DNA of 63,637 nucleotides, the filler included, from Octopus bimaculoides (lineage: Eukaryota), in the NCBI RefSeq assembly GCF_001194135.2. It is 8 parts of 7 records of this genome, joined end to end, with 100 filler letters (N's around TTAATTAATTAA, not from the genome) between each part and the next. Parts side by side here need not be neighbours in the genome. Positions count along the whole stretch, not along the records: positions 32,099 to 46,346 come from NC_069004.1; positions 46,447 to 54,089 come from NC_068990.1; 6 more parts are not named here. One strand, written 5' to 3'. Numbering within the stretch: position 1 is the first letter of the stretch; each line of letters starts with the position of its first letter. Shown piece after piece: positions 37,057-50,131 of the stretch. A program made the position numbers and the translations under genes. The notes beneath the pieces are model-generated. The model did no database searches, had not been told where the DNA came from, and saw only the letters and a program-made list of their open reading frames with translations.

Positions 37057-37223
37057 ACGACGGGCTTCTGTCAGTTTCCGCATACCAAGTCCACCCACAA
37101 GGCTTTGGTTGGCCCGATGCTAGAGTAGAGTACATTTTCTCAAGGTGCCACGCAATAGGACTGAACCCGGAACCATGTGGTTCGTAAGCAAGCTACTTAC
37201 CACACAGCTACTCCTGCGCCTAT
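37057..37223 (-). mobile_element. SINE family A, 5' part
   Basis: Minus strand ATAGGCGCAGGAGTAGCTGTGTGGTAAGTAGCTTGC..CATGGTTCCGGGTTCAGTCC. Confidence 0.85.
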
Positions 37224-37910
37224 ATATGTATTTATACATGTATGCGTGTATACATATATATATATATATATATACACACATATGTATATATATATATGTA
37301 TATATTTGTGTGTGTGTACATCTTAAATACACAAAATTATTGATCAAAATATTTTCTCTATACACATACCACATTGCAAATTCTATACGGAAACGAATGA
37401 ATTATAATGAATATCTTACATCTTGTTAAGTTAAACAAAAAAAAACTCAACAATAATGATAACGTTACTGATGAATAAAACGATGATGATGCCAATAATA
37501 ATAATAATAATACTAATAATATTAATAAAAATTAACAACAACGTAGATTTAATTTCGCTTGACCTAGCTTCCTGAGTTGTCGATAAATATAACAAGATGT
37601 CGGTTGAGATGTGTAAACGTCCATGCAGAGCTTAGAAGAGATGCTGTGAGAGATGGACAAAGGGCGAAAGAGTAGTAGAAAAGGGAGAGGTAGAGGCGAA
37701 AGGGTAGAAGAAAGAGGAGATGTAGTGAAGCTAATTTCATTCAGTTATCTCTCAAATTTTTGTAATAAGACTTTACTGGTTTCAAACGTTAAAAAAAAAA
37801 AATTAGCAAATAAACAACTGACTGAGTCTGCATTTATTCAGAGTGAATAGAGTTTATTGATTCCTTAGAAAGACCAATATATTGTTGATGGCGAAGTTTA
37901 ATCGTAGGAA

Positions 37911-37957
<47 letters not shown>

Positions 37958-38211
37958 NNNNNNNNNNNNNNNNNNNNNNNNNNNNNNNNNNNNNNNNNNN
38001 NNNNNNNNNNNNNNNNNNNNNNNNNNNNNNNNNNNNNNNNNNNNNNNNNNNNNNNNNNNNNNNNNNNNNNNNNNNNNNNNNNNNNNNNNNNNNNNNNNNN
38101 NNNNNNNNNNNNNNNNNNNNNNNNNNNNNNNNNNNNNNNNNNNNNNNNNNNNNNNNNNNNNNNNNNNNNNNNNNNNNNNNNNNNNNNNNNNNNNNNNNNN
38201 NNNNNNNNNNN

Positions 38212-38256
<45 letters not shown>

Positions 38257-39063
38257 TAACCACAGTATTTTGTAAGAAATTTAGTCTGGTGCTTCACCTC
38301 GTCTATCAACATTAATATTCCTTGTTGCTTATTTTTTTGCCAACAAACCATAAAAAAAAGATTTATTTTCCCATACATTATTTTCGTAGCAATTTTGGTG
38401 ATTGTATTTAAACAGGCTATTATTATTATATTGTTCGTAACATTTCTTTCATCAAATGGCATGAAAGTCTCTGGTAACCCATACAAGGTCTAAAAATGAA
38501 AAATATCCAAAGAATATACCCTATTGCTTCTTATCGTTAGTACCAGCACCAATATTGAATGATAGCTTTATGCTGTATTTTTTCTCTCTTGTAGTTGATT
38601 TGGAAAAAAAACCAGACTGAATAAAACTTAATATTAGGAAAAAGGCAAAGCACCAGGTAAGGTAATATTTGGTATTTTGTTACGATCTTTTATGTTCTAA
38701 TTTCAATTCACACCAGAGTCAACTTTGCGATTTTATCTGTTGCTTTCAGTAACTAACACCAGTACAAATATGCTTTTGCAGATTGTGTGCATGGTAAAAT
38801 GTTTTAATAATCGGATTACACGCACACAGTTTAAAGATGTGGTACAGGAGATGACAGTATTAGACGGAAAACACATACACAACGGACATAGACATGCTCA
38901 AACCTTCATCAGTTATCGACTATAGATGTCATTACAATTTCGACACTTTTCAGTAATTTTGTTTAATTTAGCAGTGTTTGTAACATAAGTTGCCTAGATA
39001 TTAATGAGCGGGGATGCATACGTTTGATAGTTTTACTGTTTAATTTATTGTCTGATATATCAT

Positions 39064-39405
39064 CGAATAAATCGACCCCAATACTTATTTAATCGTGGTA
39101 CTTATTCTATCGGTCTCTTTTGCCGAACCACTAAGTTACGGGGACGTAAACATACCAACATCGGTTGTCAAGTGGTGATAACAGCACAAACACAGACAGA
39201 CAGACACACACATACATGCATACACACACATATATATATACAACGGATGTCTTTCAGTTTCCATCAACCAAATCCACTCACAAGGCTTTGGCCCCTCCGA
39301 GGCTACAGTAGAAGACACTTGCCTATCATAGCACACAATGGGACTGAACCCGGAACCACGTAGCTGGTAAGCAAGCTTCTTACCACACAGCCAATCCTGC
39401 GCCTA
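39064..39405 (-). mobile_element. SINE family A, near-complete copy with internal (TG/TA)n
   Basis: tRNA-like head at ~39340-39405, internal microsatellite at ~39185-39240, 3' body at 39064-39175. Confidence 0.88.
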
Positions 39406-39892
39406 TGCGAATGATGTTGGGACTCTGAATATGTGTAGAAGAGAGTTTCGTCGTACTCTCTCATGCCGAATTTTACAGGTGACAGCTCTGGTCAGTGCCA
39501 TTGTCCAAGAACCCTCCCAACACAATGAGTTCGGAAAGTAATCTAGAATCCTCTATCACGATAGCTTTCAGGGTAAGTCCTCTTTAATTCTCTGTATAGC
39601 CTTTAGTTTCCATAAGTAAATAACTTGTATTCACGAGCTGCGCCCGTATAGTTTCGATCCCAGCATACATTTACCAGGAGCATAGTTTATGATTTGGAGT
39701 CTTCCAAAACTGTCGGTTTAGGTACTTTTTGTCTTATTTATTTATTTATTTATTTATTTATATCTAATTAAACATGAAACGCAAAGTTACAGTGTATTAA
39801 TTTTAATAGTAAGTATTAACTTACATTTCACCTTTCTTTTAAATAAGTACGTTATTCTCGTTCGTGTAATCAACTTTATCTCTCTCTCTTTA

Positions 39893-39926
<34 letters not shown>

Positions 39927-40220
39927 CATACATACAGAGGAGAAATGTATGTACTAATGTGTGCTTCATATATGTAATAGTATATTAGTGCACGCGTATA
40001 CACACACTCACGCACATTATATATATATATATATGTATATATNNNNNNNNNNNNNNNNNNNNNNNNNNNNNNNNNNNNNNNNNNNNNNNNNNNNNNNNNT
40101 ATATATTAGAGCATGTGAATTCGCTGTAAAGTGTGTGTGTGTGTGTGTGTATACTGTGCGCGTATATTGAACAGTAGCATCTGCAAAGATGACGCAGTCA
40201 CGAAGTGATGTAATACTCAC

Positions 40221-40345
40221 TACCAGAAGACGAAACACAGATTCTAGAATCGATCATTGAAGCAGGTAGGTTGTTGGCTCGAGTAGCAAAAGAAACCAGT
40301 TCAAGGATAGGAAAATGGATTAATTTGGGAAGAAGACCATTATGA
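40221..40345 (-). CDS. Candidate internal coding exon of an unidentified host gene
   Basis: Acceptor ..CCATTTTTGGCGCCTTCAG, donor A|GTGAGT, single open frame HNGLLPKLIHFPILELVSFATRANNLPASMIDSRICVSSSG (125 nt). A competing plus-strand 39-nt exon (EDETQILESIIEAG, donor GTAGGT) overlaps it. Confidence 0.3.
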
Positions 40346-40705
40346 CTGAAGGCGCCAAAAATGGCGAAGACGACGAGCAAAATACGAACGGTAGGAAAGA
40401 AAAAAAAAATATGAGGAGGCGGTCACGAAGTACAAAGGAAGAAAAAGTTAGAGGAGAAGAAGGCAGATTTATTTCGGATTCAACCCAGAAATAATAAACA
40501 TTATTTTGTTTGTTAACTTTTTGAAGAAAATTTGATATTACATACACATTCTCTCTCTTCCCCACCTCTCTCTCTCTCTCTCTCTCACATATGAGAGAGG
40601 GGTGAGAGCGTATACTTTAAATAAGGCAGCATTTAACTGCGCTTTACATGAAAAAATAAATATAATAGACATACACTCTACTCGGGTTTGTTTGTGTATT
40701 CATAC

Positions 40706-40756
<51 letters not shown>

Positions 40757-40765
40757 TTTCATTTG

Positions 40766-41015
40766 TTTTTGTTTACTTTAGTCATTTAACTGCAGCCATG
40801 CTGGAGCACCGCCTTGAAGGGTTTTAGTCGAACAAATCAACCACAGGACATATTTCTTAGGCTTAGTAGGACATATTTCTTGAGCTTATGTCAACGGCGT
40901 CTTTTGTCGAACTGCTAAGTTACAGGGACGTAATCACACTAACACCGGTTTTCAAGCAGTAGTGGGAGGTGGTGGGAGGACAAACACAAACACAGACACC
41001 ATATACACACACACA

Positions 41016-41049
<34 letters not shown>

Positions 41050-41123
41050 TGTTTCCGTCTACCAAATTCACTTACAAAGCTTTGGTTGGCCCCAGGCTCG
41101 AGGTGTCACGCAATGGGACTGAA
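40766..41123 (-). mobile_element. SINE family A copy with internal (CA)n
   Basis: GCAGCCATGCTGGAGCACCGCCTTGAAGGG..(CA)n..TTTCCGTCTACCAAATTCAC..GGGACTGAAC. Confidence 0.85.
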
Positions 41124-41949
41124 CTAAAAAAATACATATGTACACACACACACACACACACAAATCACTATATCATGATGTAGCAGAAGGATACACACGT
41201 GCCTCCCACAGGCAGCGTCCGTTTTATTTCTTTATCTCCTGCTTCTTACCCTTCTTTGATAAAGGTTCACCCGAAACGTCGATGTCTTTTTCCTTTCATT
41301 TTTTTTCCGGTTTAATGTTCATAATGCATAACTCTCGTAATTTTTGTTTTACATGTCCACCTGTCCGTTTCTTATTTCCGTCATTCCGTTTATGCTACTT
41401 CTCTCTCACACACACAATGTTGTTAACTTTACACTTATTTATTTATAAGGTCAAGGATAAATATTGAGATGATGCAAAAATGTTCTCTCAAAGCCAGCAG
41501 GAAACTAATACAAAATCTTACAGATTTGTTTTGGGAGACTTCTTTTTCATCTGAAATGTGCCGCTGTTCTTCACATCGTCTCTGTATCCACAGCTAAATC
41601 TTTCATATAATTAACTGTAGATTTATCTGCATTATACAGTTTTCAAATATTCTGAATCACGCTTATATATTATCATTATTATTATTTGTGAGGTTCATTT
41701 CAATCAAGGTATTTTAATAATAAGTATACGAAGTTAGTGTCGAGATCAGCATATCTGAGTATATACCGTATACGTGCACTCTCGCGTTTATCCATGCATA
41801 CACAGACATGTCCAAACACATCAGTATACATATTAATACGCATGAGCACCGGCATACAGTTTCACGATCCACTGTGAGCTCCAGATCGAACGTAGGAAAG
41901 ATTGCAGGTGAGGTGTGTACATAAAGAAAGAACCCATTTGTGTTCTTTA

Positions 41950-41983
<34 letters not shown>

Positions 41984-41986
<3 letters not shown>

Positions 41987-42091
41987 AGAAAGGCAAAGTC
42001 GACCTCGGTGGTATTTGAACTCAGAACGTAAAGACAGACAAAATACCGCTAAGCATTTTGTCCGGCATGCTAACGATTCTGCCAGCTCGCC
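41984..42091 (-). mobile_element. SINE family B, 5' part
   Basis: Minus strand GGCGAGCTGGCAGAATCGTTAGCATGCCGGACAAAATGCTTAGCGG..TTCTGAGTTCAAATACCACCGAGGTCGACTTTGCC. Confidence 0.85.
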
Positions 42092-42678
42092 GACTTCTAC
42101 CACTACTACTACTACTAATAATAATAATAACAACACTATATATACTCTATGAATATCCACCACCACCATGGCCATCACCATCATCACTACACCGCCATCC
42201 CCATCAACACCGCCTATATATATATCCCCCGGTTACAACCCCGTTACAATTACTACCACTCTAGCCACCTCCAAAGCCATTGCACTCCGATACTGACACT
42301 AAATACCACCACCACCACCACCATTACTATTTGACGTTTATCTGCGTTTTGGCGAAACCTGACCCAAGTTCTTCGTGAAGGTTTATGGAACTTGACACAT
42401 AAAATGAACATCCTCTTTCCCTCCCTCCGTCCTTTTCCATCTGATAATGCATAATAGGACAGATTAAGTTACAGGTGAATGTTTATGTGTGGGTGTCCGC
42501 GCGTGCGTGCGTGTGTACCTACCGAAAACAAGAGAGAGTATTTACTGTTTGAGATGCAGCGATGGATAAATTTATTGCAAGAATAACAACAGAATTGGAA
42601 GAAATCCAAAGGTGCAAGTAAGTGACAGTAACCAATAGCATTTATGTTCACTAATTGCTACATAATACTAAGTGTGAT

Positions 42679-42735
<57 letters not shown>

Positions 42736-42780
42736 ATTTATATATATATAGATAGATAGATAGATAGATAGAAGTGTGTG

Positions 42781-43650
42781 CAGTGGCGGATCTACAATAT
42801 TGGGGCCCTGAAGCATAAAATGATATGGGGGCCCCCTTTACAACGAGCAACAGTAGGGTAACATTCAACAAGGGTCAAAGAATTTTCGTGTCCTTGCAAG
42901 GAACTCCAGCTTGAGGCTCTGATAGCCTAAATGGTGGAGTTGTGATGTGGAGTCCTTAAAAGTGAATCTCAAAGTGAGCCCTTTTCCACCAGAAACGATG
43001 TATGGGTAATCACTGATATCTTTGTCGATGTGGTTGTTCTATGGCAGATCACTACAGATATTTTCCAGGCTATGCCGTTTACTTTTAGAGTTATGGGGGT
43101 CGAAAATTAGGGAAGCATGATGCATCATCATTAAGAGACATATATGAAAATTACAAAATACTCATTGTTCTGTTTTTTGTAGCAACAATTTTCTCATATG
43201 ACAGCTTCCTTGCAATGTCATTTTCTAGAGACAATATGCATAAGGAATTTAAGCGCTCTTCAGTCATGGCAGACCGAAATCTATTCTTAAAAGAAAGCTT
43301 TGAAGAACTCCTTTCTGCTTCACAGCTCGTGATAGGCATTGTCAAGTAGAGCTTAAGTGCAGTGGTAATATTAGGGAACACTTCAATTAATTGTTGCTCG
43401 TAAATAAGCTGAAGAACTTCTGTGCATTGCATTTTAGATGGGGTGTTTTCTTCTCTGTGTTCCGGGATTTCCTATATAATACTCATTTATTAATTTGAGG
43501 TCAATATCGTCTTTATAATGCGATATTATAAGTTTGATATTGTCCTCATCAAATTCTGAATCGTTCAACAATTCTGAGAGAAACTCGAACCTTTTCACAA
43601 TCTGCTCGCGGATGAGATTCTGTACTACTGGTTGTGGTGCACGATAGATC
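42781..43650 (-). mobile_element. hAT-superfamily transposon relic: C-terminal dimerisation domain and one terminus
   Basis: REQIVKRFEFLSELL..HYKDDID..LINE, then EVFPNITTALKLYLTMPITSCEAERSSSKL..KNRFRSAMTEERLNSLCILSLENDI. Terminus CAGTGGCGGATCTAC at 42781 resembles hAT TIRs. Confidence 0.88.
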
Positions 43651-43666
43651 GAGACGACTGTAGTGA

Positions 43667-43710
<44 letters not shown>

Positions 43711-44933
43711 ATTATAAATAAGGGCAAAAGAAAAACAAATTTCTATGCCAATATGCTGAAAAATAGACCTTAGATCGTCTAACCACATACAATATTTTTC
43801 ACTATACAAATTCCGCCGAGGTCGACTTTNNNNNNNNNNNNNNNNNNNNNNNNNNNNNNNNNNNNNNNNNNNNNNNNNNNNNNNNNNNNNNNNNNNNNNN
43901 NNNNNNNNNNNNNNNNNNNNNNNNNNNNNNNNNNNNNNNNNNNNNNNNNNNNNNNNNNNNNNNNNNNNNNNNNNNNNNNNNNNNNNNNNNNNNNNNNNNN
44001 NNNNNNNNNNNNNNNNNNNNNNNNNNNNNNNNNNNNNNNNNNNNNNNNNNNNNNNNNNNNNNNNNNNNNNNNNNNNNNNNNNNNNNNNNNNNNNNNNNNN
44101 NNNNNNNNNNNNNNNNNNNNNNNNNNNNNNNNNNNNNNNNNNNNNNNNNNNNNNNNNNNNNNNNNNNNNNNNNNNNNNNNNNNNNNNNNNNNNNNNNNNN
44201 NNNNNNNNNNNNNNNNNNNNNNNNNNNNNNNNNNNNNNNNNNNNNNNNNNNNNNNNNNNNNNNNNNNNNNNNNNNNNNNNNNNNNNNNNNNNNNNNNNNN
44301 NNNNNNNNNNNNNNNNNNNNNNNNNNNNNNNNNNNNNNNNNNNNNNNNNNNNNNNNNNNNNNNNNNNNNNNNNNNNNNNNNNNNNNNNNNNNNNNNNNNN
44401 NNNNNNNNNNNNNNNNNNNNNNNNNNNNNNNNNNNNNNNNNNNNNNNNNNNNNNNNNNNNNNNNNNNNNNNNNNNNNNNNNNNNNNNNNNNNNNNNNNNN
44501 NNNNNNNNNNNNNNNNNNNNNNNNNNNNNNNNNNNNNNNNNNNNNNNNNNNNNNNNNNNNNNNNNNNNNNNNNNNNNNNNNNNNNNNNNNNNNNNNNNNN
44601 NNGTCACCGCATGAAACACTCGGCGCTTTCGTCACACTGTTGCTTCTACTCAATATTAATTAAAATATACACATACTCAAATTTTTAGTACTATTTCTTC
44701 TGTTTGCTGTGTGTGTACACATGAGTGTGTGAATATGTGTATATACACCTGTGTGTGTGAGCGTGCGTGAACAATGATTCAAATAAACAAAGTTTTTGGC
44801 ATCATTGTCTCCATGTCTACTCACCTTTACCCCGCTGACTTAATCCTTAGCAAAGGTTTCAAAGTGTTCAAATCATTTGTGCGCAACTAAGCGCTTTCGA
44901 CATTATTAATCTTTGAATGTCATCCATGTATGA

Positions 44934-44975
<42 letters not shown>

Positions 44976-45255
44976 TCAAAAACTGATCTTAAGATAGTTA
45001 CCTCCATATTCTGTGTTGTGTTTAGATTGTGAACAACGCTAGAGGGCGGTTTTTGCCTTATCACTTCTTAAACAGTTTCAGTCAATCGAGGTTTTCAAAC
45101 TCAATATATTATCTATTTGTATTTAAAATGCTGAACATCGTCTGGCGTATTTCCCCACTCCGCAATGTTGATGATATTCATATTCAACGTCACTACATTC
45201 CTTCATACACACGCATATATTTAGATTGATCAATCTTAGTCATGCCAAGGAATGT

Positions 45256-45288
<33 letters not shown>

Positions 45289-45736
45289 TATGAGTGATCA
45301 GTTTGATTTACCACTAAATCTCCGGCATATATACATGTATATGAATATCAGTGTTTTAACATTCCTTATGGCGTAAACAACTCAGTAAAAAACCTTCCAA
45401 AAGCACTCTCTTTCACTTTTTCTCTTTCTCTCTATCTCACACTTTGACACATAAAATAAACAAAGGTAATAGACAGAAAGAAATGCACTGAGTAGCTGTG
45501 AATAACATTCCGTTTTAAATTTATAGCATCACACTTGGGGGGTGGGGAAAAATAAAAACAAACGTCAGAATATAAGAATATCAAAATATCAGAATGTTCG
45601 AATGTTAGAATGATGGTGCAGCTATGGATTTTCTTTATTAGGATTGAATTCTCTGTTTTAATAGTTGAACAGAGATTGATGAAGTGCTACCGGTTGATTC
45701 TGAATGACAAGCAGTAAACTAATGTATTCGTGGTAC

Positions 45737-45864
45737 ATTAAGTAACTCGACAGGACCACTGTTGGCAGCCATCCAAAAGACGTTCAAATATGGCGGCCAA
45801 GATGGTAGTATATAGATGCAGGCACTCAGGCAAAGTTTGTATCTCCATATCCAATTCCTTCTTC
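45737..45864 (-). CDS. Candidate coding exon of an unidentified host gene (frame ambiguous)
   Basis: Acceptor ..TTAGTTTGTTCGTTACCAG. Two frames stay open: KKELDMEIQTLPECLHLYTTILAAIFERLLDGCQQW and RRNWIWRYKLCLSACIYILPSWPPYLNVFWMAANSGPVELLN (donor GTACCA). No homolog recognised. Confidence 0.25.
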
Positions 45865-46039
45865 CTGGTAACGAACAAACTAACGTAAATTGCAGTTGGC
45901 AGCTTCATCACTGTCGTCATCATCACCGTCATCGTGATCGGAATATTCATCAACGTCGTCATCAGCGGCAGCACCTCCATTTGTACTCTCTACCGTTATA
46001 AAAATAAACAAGATCAATCATGCTAAACATCGACAAGTG

Positions 46040-46346
46040 TGTGTGTTGGCACTCCGTCGCTTACGACGTCGACGGTTCCAGTTGATCCGATCAACGGAAC
46101 AGCCTGCTCGTGAAATTAACGTGCAAGTGGCTGAGCACTCCACAGACACGTGTACCCTTAACGTAATTCTCGGGGATATTCAGCGTGACACAGTGTGACA
46201 AGGCTGACCCTTTGAATTACAGGCACAGCAGAAACAGGAAGTAAGAGTGAGAGAAAGTTGTGGTGAAAGAGTACAGCAGGGTTCGCCACCATCCCCTGTC
46301 GGAGCCTCGTGGAGCTTTAGGTGTTTTCGCTCAATAAACACTCACA
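46040..46346 (-). mobile_element. SINE family C, body and 3' end (head cut by gap)
   Basis: About 96% identical to 32099-32328 over the overlap. Minus-strand 3' end ..CGTCGTAAGCGACGGAGTGCCAACACAC. Confidence 0.9.
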
Positions 46347-46446
46347 NNNNNNNNNNNNNNNNNNNNNNNNNNNNNNNNNNNNNNNNNNNNTTAATTAATT
46401 AANNNNNNNNNNNNNNNNNNNNNNNNNNNNNNNNNNNNNNNNNNNN

Positions 46447-46926
46447 CACATATTGTGGACAGAAAATAACGAGGGCTTGGGTCTGCGGGTTGCCGCCTGG
46501 AATAAAGCCCGAGTGGATAGAGGATTCTTTCCGCCGGGGTCTGGGCGACACCGGAACCAAGCTCCTCAATGTAAAAATTTTGCCAGTCGATTGCGAGTCT
46601 GGTGTTTCCAGACTTTTTAAGGACGGCTCAGGCAAGGTATCCAGTGATTTTGGAGGGACGCCCTCCTAAATGTCACAAGTGCCTTGAATCCAGCCATTTA
46701 AAAAAGAATTGTCCCAAGGGCCGAGGTAAGGTCCCGGAGCAGAGGAAAAAAGATAATGAGTCCTCCGCCCCACCATTGGAGGGTGAGACGGAGGAAGTCG
46801 TGGAGGCGGTGGCCTCCACGAATAGAAAGAGGAAGGTGAGCAACGGTGGTTGCTCACCAGGAGAAATAGAGGTTGCGGGAAAGGAGGACACCTCGGGTGT
46901 GCCGAAAGATGCCCCGACCCCCGCAA
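46447..46926 (+). mobile_element. L1/Tx1-like non-LTR retrotransposon ORF1 (Gag-like) fragment with zinc knuckle
   Basis: GC-rich island between gaps. ITRAWVCGLPPGIKPEWIE, then after a frameshift PVILEGRPPKCHKCLESSHLKKNCPK (CX2CX4HX4C) and a charged low-complexity tail. Confidence 0.75.
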
Positions 46927-47859
46927 CNNNNNNNNNNNNNNNNNNNNNNNNNNNNNNNNNNNNNNNNNNNNNNNNNNNNNNNNNNNNNNNNNNNNNNNNN
47001 NNNNNNNNNNNNNNNNNNNNNNNNNNNNNNNNNNNNNNNNNNNNNNNNNNNNNNNNNNNNNNNNNNNNNNNNNNNNNNNNNNNNNNNNNNNNNNNNNNNN
47101 NNNNNNNNNNNNNNNNNNNNNNNNNNNNNNNNNNNNNNNNNNNNNNNNNNNNNNNNNNNNNNNNNNNNNNNNNNNNNNNNNNNNNNNNNNNNNNNNNNNN
47201 NNNNNNNNNNNNNNNNNNNNNNNNNNNNNNNNNNNNNNNNNNNNNNNNNNNNNNNNNNNNNNNNNNNNNNNNNNNNNNNNNNNNNNNNNNNNNNNNNNNN
47301 NNNNNNNNNNNNNNNNNNNNNNNNNNNNNNNNNNNNNNNNNNNNNNNNNNNNNNNNNNNNNNNNNNNNNNNNNNNNNNNNNNNNNNNNNNNNNNNNNNNN
47401 NNNNNNNNNNNNNNNNNNNNNNNNNNNNNNNNNNNNNNNNNNNNNNNNNNNNNNNNNNNNNNNNNNNNNNNNNNNNNNNNNNNNNNNNNNNNNNNNNNNN
47501 NNNNNNNNNNNNNNNNNNNNNNNNNNNNNNNNNNNNNNNNNNNNNNNNNNNNNNNNNNNNNNNNNNNNNNNNNNNNNNNNNNNNNNNNNNNNNNNNNNNN
47601 NNNNNNNNNNNNNNNNNNNNNNNNNNNNNNNNNNNNNNNNNNNNNNNNNNNNNNNNNNNNNNNNNNNNNNNNNNNNNNNNNNNNNNNNNNNNNNNNNNNN
47701 NNNNNNNNNNNNNNNNNNNNNNNNNNNNNNNNNNNNNNNNNNNNNNNNNNNNNNNNNNNNNNNNNNNNNNNNNNNNNNNNNNNNNNNNNNNNNNNNNNNN
47801 NNNNNNNNNNNNNNNNNNNNNNNNNNNNNNNNNNNNNNNNNNNNNNNNNNNNNNNNNNN

Positions 47860-47901
<42 letters not shown>

Positions 47902-48003
47902 TGAGTGTGTGTGTATGCATGTAAGTATACACACACTCACACATAGATTGAGAGATAAATATTTAACTTATTAATTGTATATTCATATGCGATTATTGTT
48001 GAG

Positions 48004-48180
48004 GGGGCGAGTCAGCAGAATCGTTAGTGATTCAGAAAAAATGCTTTGGGCTAGAGTCAACTTAGCGTTTTATCCTATTTGGGTAGATAAAATAAAGTAC
48101 CAATCAAGCACTAACCGCTGCTATCGACTAGTCCCCTCCTCTTGTACCAAAATTACTAACCTTGAGCCAAAATCAGAAAT
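48004..48180 (+). mobile_element. SINE family B copy (internally deleted, degenerate)
   Basis: GGCGAGTCAGCAGAATCGTTAG..AAATGCTT..GTCAACTTAGCGTTTTATCC..AAAGTACCA. Confidence 0.65.
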
Positions 48181-48225
48181 CTTTACTGTTGGTGTTGTTG
48201 TTGTTATTGTTGTTGTTGTTGCTGC

Positions 48226-48257
<32 letters not shown>

Positions 48258-48759
48258 TTGTTGTTGTTGTTTGATGATTTCGGCTGCTGACATTGTTCGA
48301 ATTTATGAGATTAATAACTGAATGAGAAAGAAGTAGCCGTTCTACTACACATCGCTCAGATATCCTCCATAGCATTTGTAGGCCCTCTAGCGAGAATAAT
48401 GAATGATAATAATTTCTTAATGTGGTTATACGATTATGATGATGACGATGATGTGGTTGTGATGATGATGGTGATGATAGTAAAAACGGAGGGGCTGTTT
48501 TTATGTGATGAGATCGAGGCTCTGAGGTCAAACTGACGGTAACGAAAATATCTTATAAATACTTAAAAATAACCAAAAAAAATAGGATATATAGGAACAA
48601 AGCTGAGCAGAAAAGGAAGGTGTGCCAAGCAGAAGACAGGCAAAAATATAAGTATACGGAGAGATGGTGGGATTCATGAAGATGGAGGGGAGATAGTGCC
48701 TCGATATGTGAAGAGAAACTTTCAACCTAGTATGTGAAATTTATAGTAATAAATGTAAC

Positions 48760-48792
<33 letters not shown>

Positions 48793-48991
48793 GAAAACAG
48801 AAAAACATACGCCCATTATTTCATATGGCTGAGCATAACTAAGTTGATTAGATCAGCTTAATAAAAATAGAAGGGAAAATATAAAAAAAAGAAAAAGAGT
48901 AAAAAAAGGATGTGTGTGCATGTACGAAACACATTGAGAATAATATATATTATGTGTGTGCATTATATATGTGTGTATATATATCTTTATA

Positions 48992-49036
<45 letters not shown>

Positions 49037-49279
49037 ATANNNNNNNNNNGTATGTATGAATGTATGTATGTATGTATGTATGTATGTATGTATTCATGTA
49101 TGTAGAAAGACGGGGGTAGATAGATAGATTGCTAGAAAGATGTACCTACATGTACGTTTGTATATATGTATATATTTTTATATATTCGTGTATATGAGCA
49201 TATACCCATATACGTACACACATATGTACGTTTATATTTGCACGTATCTGAATACATGTGTGCGTTTGTGCGTGCGTGC

Positions 49280-49332
<53 letters not shown>

Positions 49333-50131
49333 GTGTGTGTGTATACACGTATATATGTATACGTATATGTAGACTGTGAGGGAGAGATTAAGAGTGGCAT
49401 CCAATAACAGCTAACAGTTGCCAAAGTTGTTTTTTTCTTATTTGTTATATCATTGCTGTAGTATGGCCCCTTGGCCATTTTGCCGAAAAAAAATTAAAGA
49501 AGAAAAGAAAATGCCTACCAAAAATCCTGTAAAAAATTAGTTTTCTTATTATAACTTTAATTACAATGCTCATATGATTTATTTTGTCTTCAAGTTTGAA
49601 GAATTAGTCTGTTTATTTTTGTCGTCTTTTATTACGTTAATTCTATTGTTTGGTAGCTTGTTCTTTCTTCACTTCGAGTTTTGTTAAATTCCTCTGGAAT
49701 CTATTGTTACAGTACGATTTCTTGTTAGCTTATGTCTTTTCTGTTTGTTTAAATAGACAGTGTAGACTCTCTATTTTACGTGCGATGGTCTCACCGGATA
49801 AAGTAAACATTTATCGTCTGCTAAGTATAAAGTAAAGTCCTTTCGTTTCGTGATGAAAGTCATGGCTTCCAGACCACCAAACAAGGTGAAGGAAAGAGAA
49901 TTGAAAATGCCGTTAAACTACAAATATACGATAGAATAAAGAAATAGTGTGAACAAACAACAAAAAACAAACTGGATCCATCAAAAAAGTCTTACAGTTC
50001 ATGAAGAGACAAAAATATTCACTGAACTAAATTTTAATGACTAAAAGTAGAGTCATTTTGTTATTTGTTTTTCGCATCATTCTCCTGCAATTGATTGAAG
50101 AAATTCATCCAATCCTACCACTTAAAGATTA

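Noticed and set aside
39480-39538. Plus-strand exon candidate; one frame reads GDSSGQCHCP (laminin EGF-like)
   Set aside because: That frame hits TGA after 16 codons with no usable donor; the alternative frame is unrecognised.
32099-46346. Two family C SINE halves possibly being an assembly duplication
   Set aside because: They differ at about 8 positions over ~230 bp and have different flanks, consistent with independent young copies.
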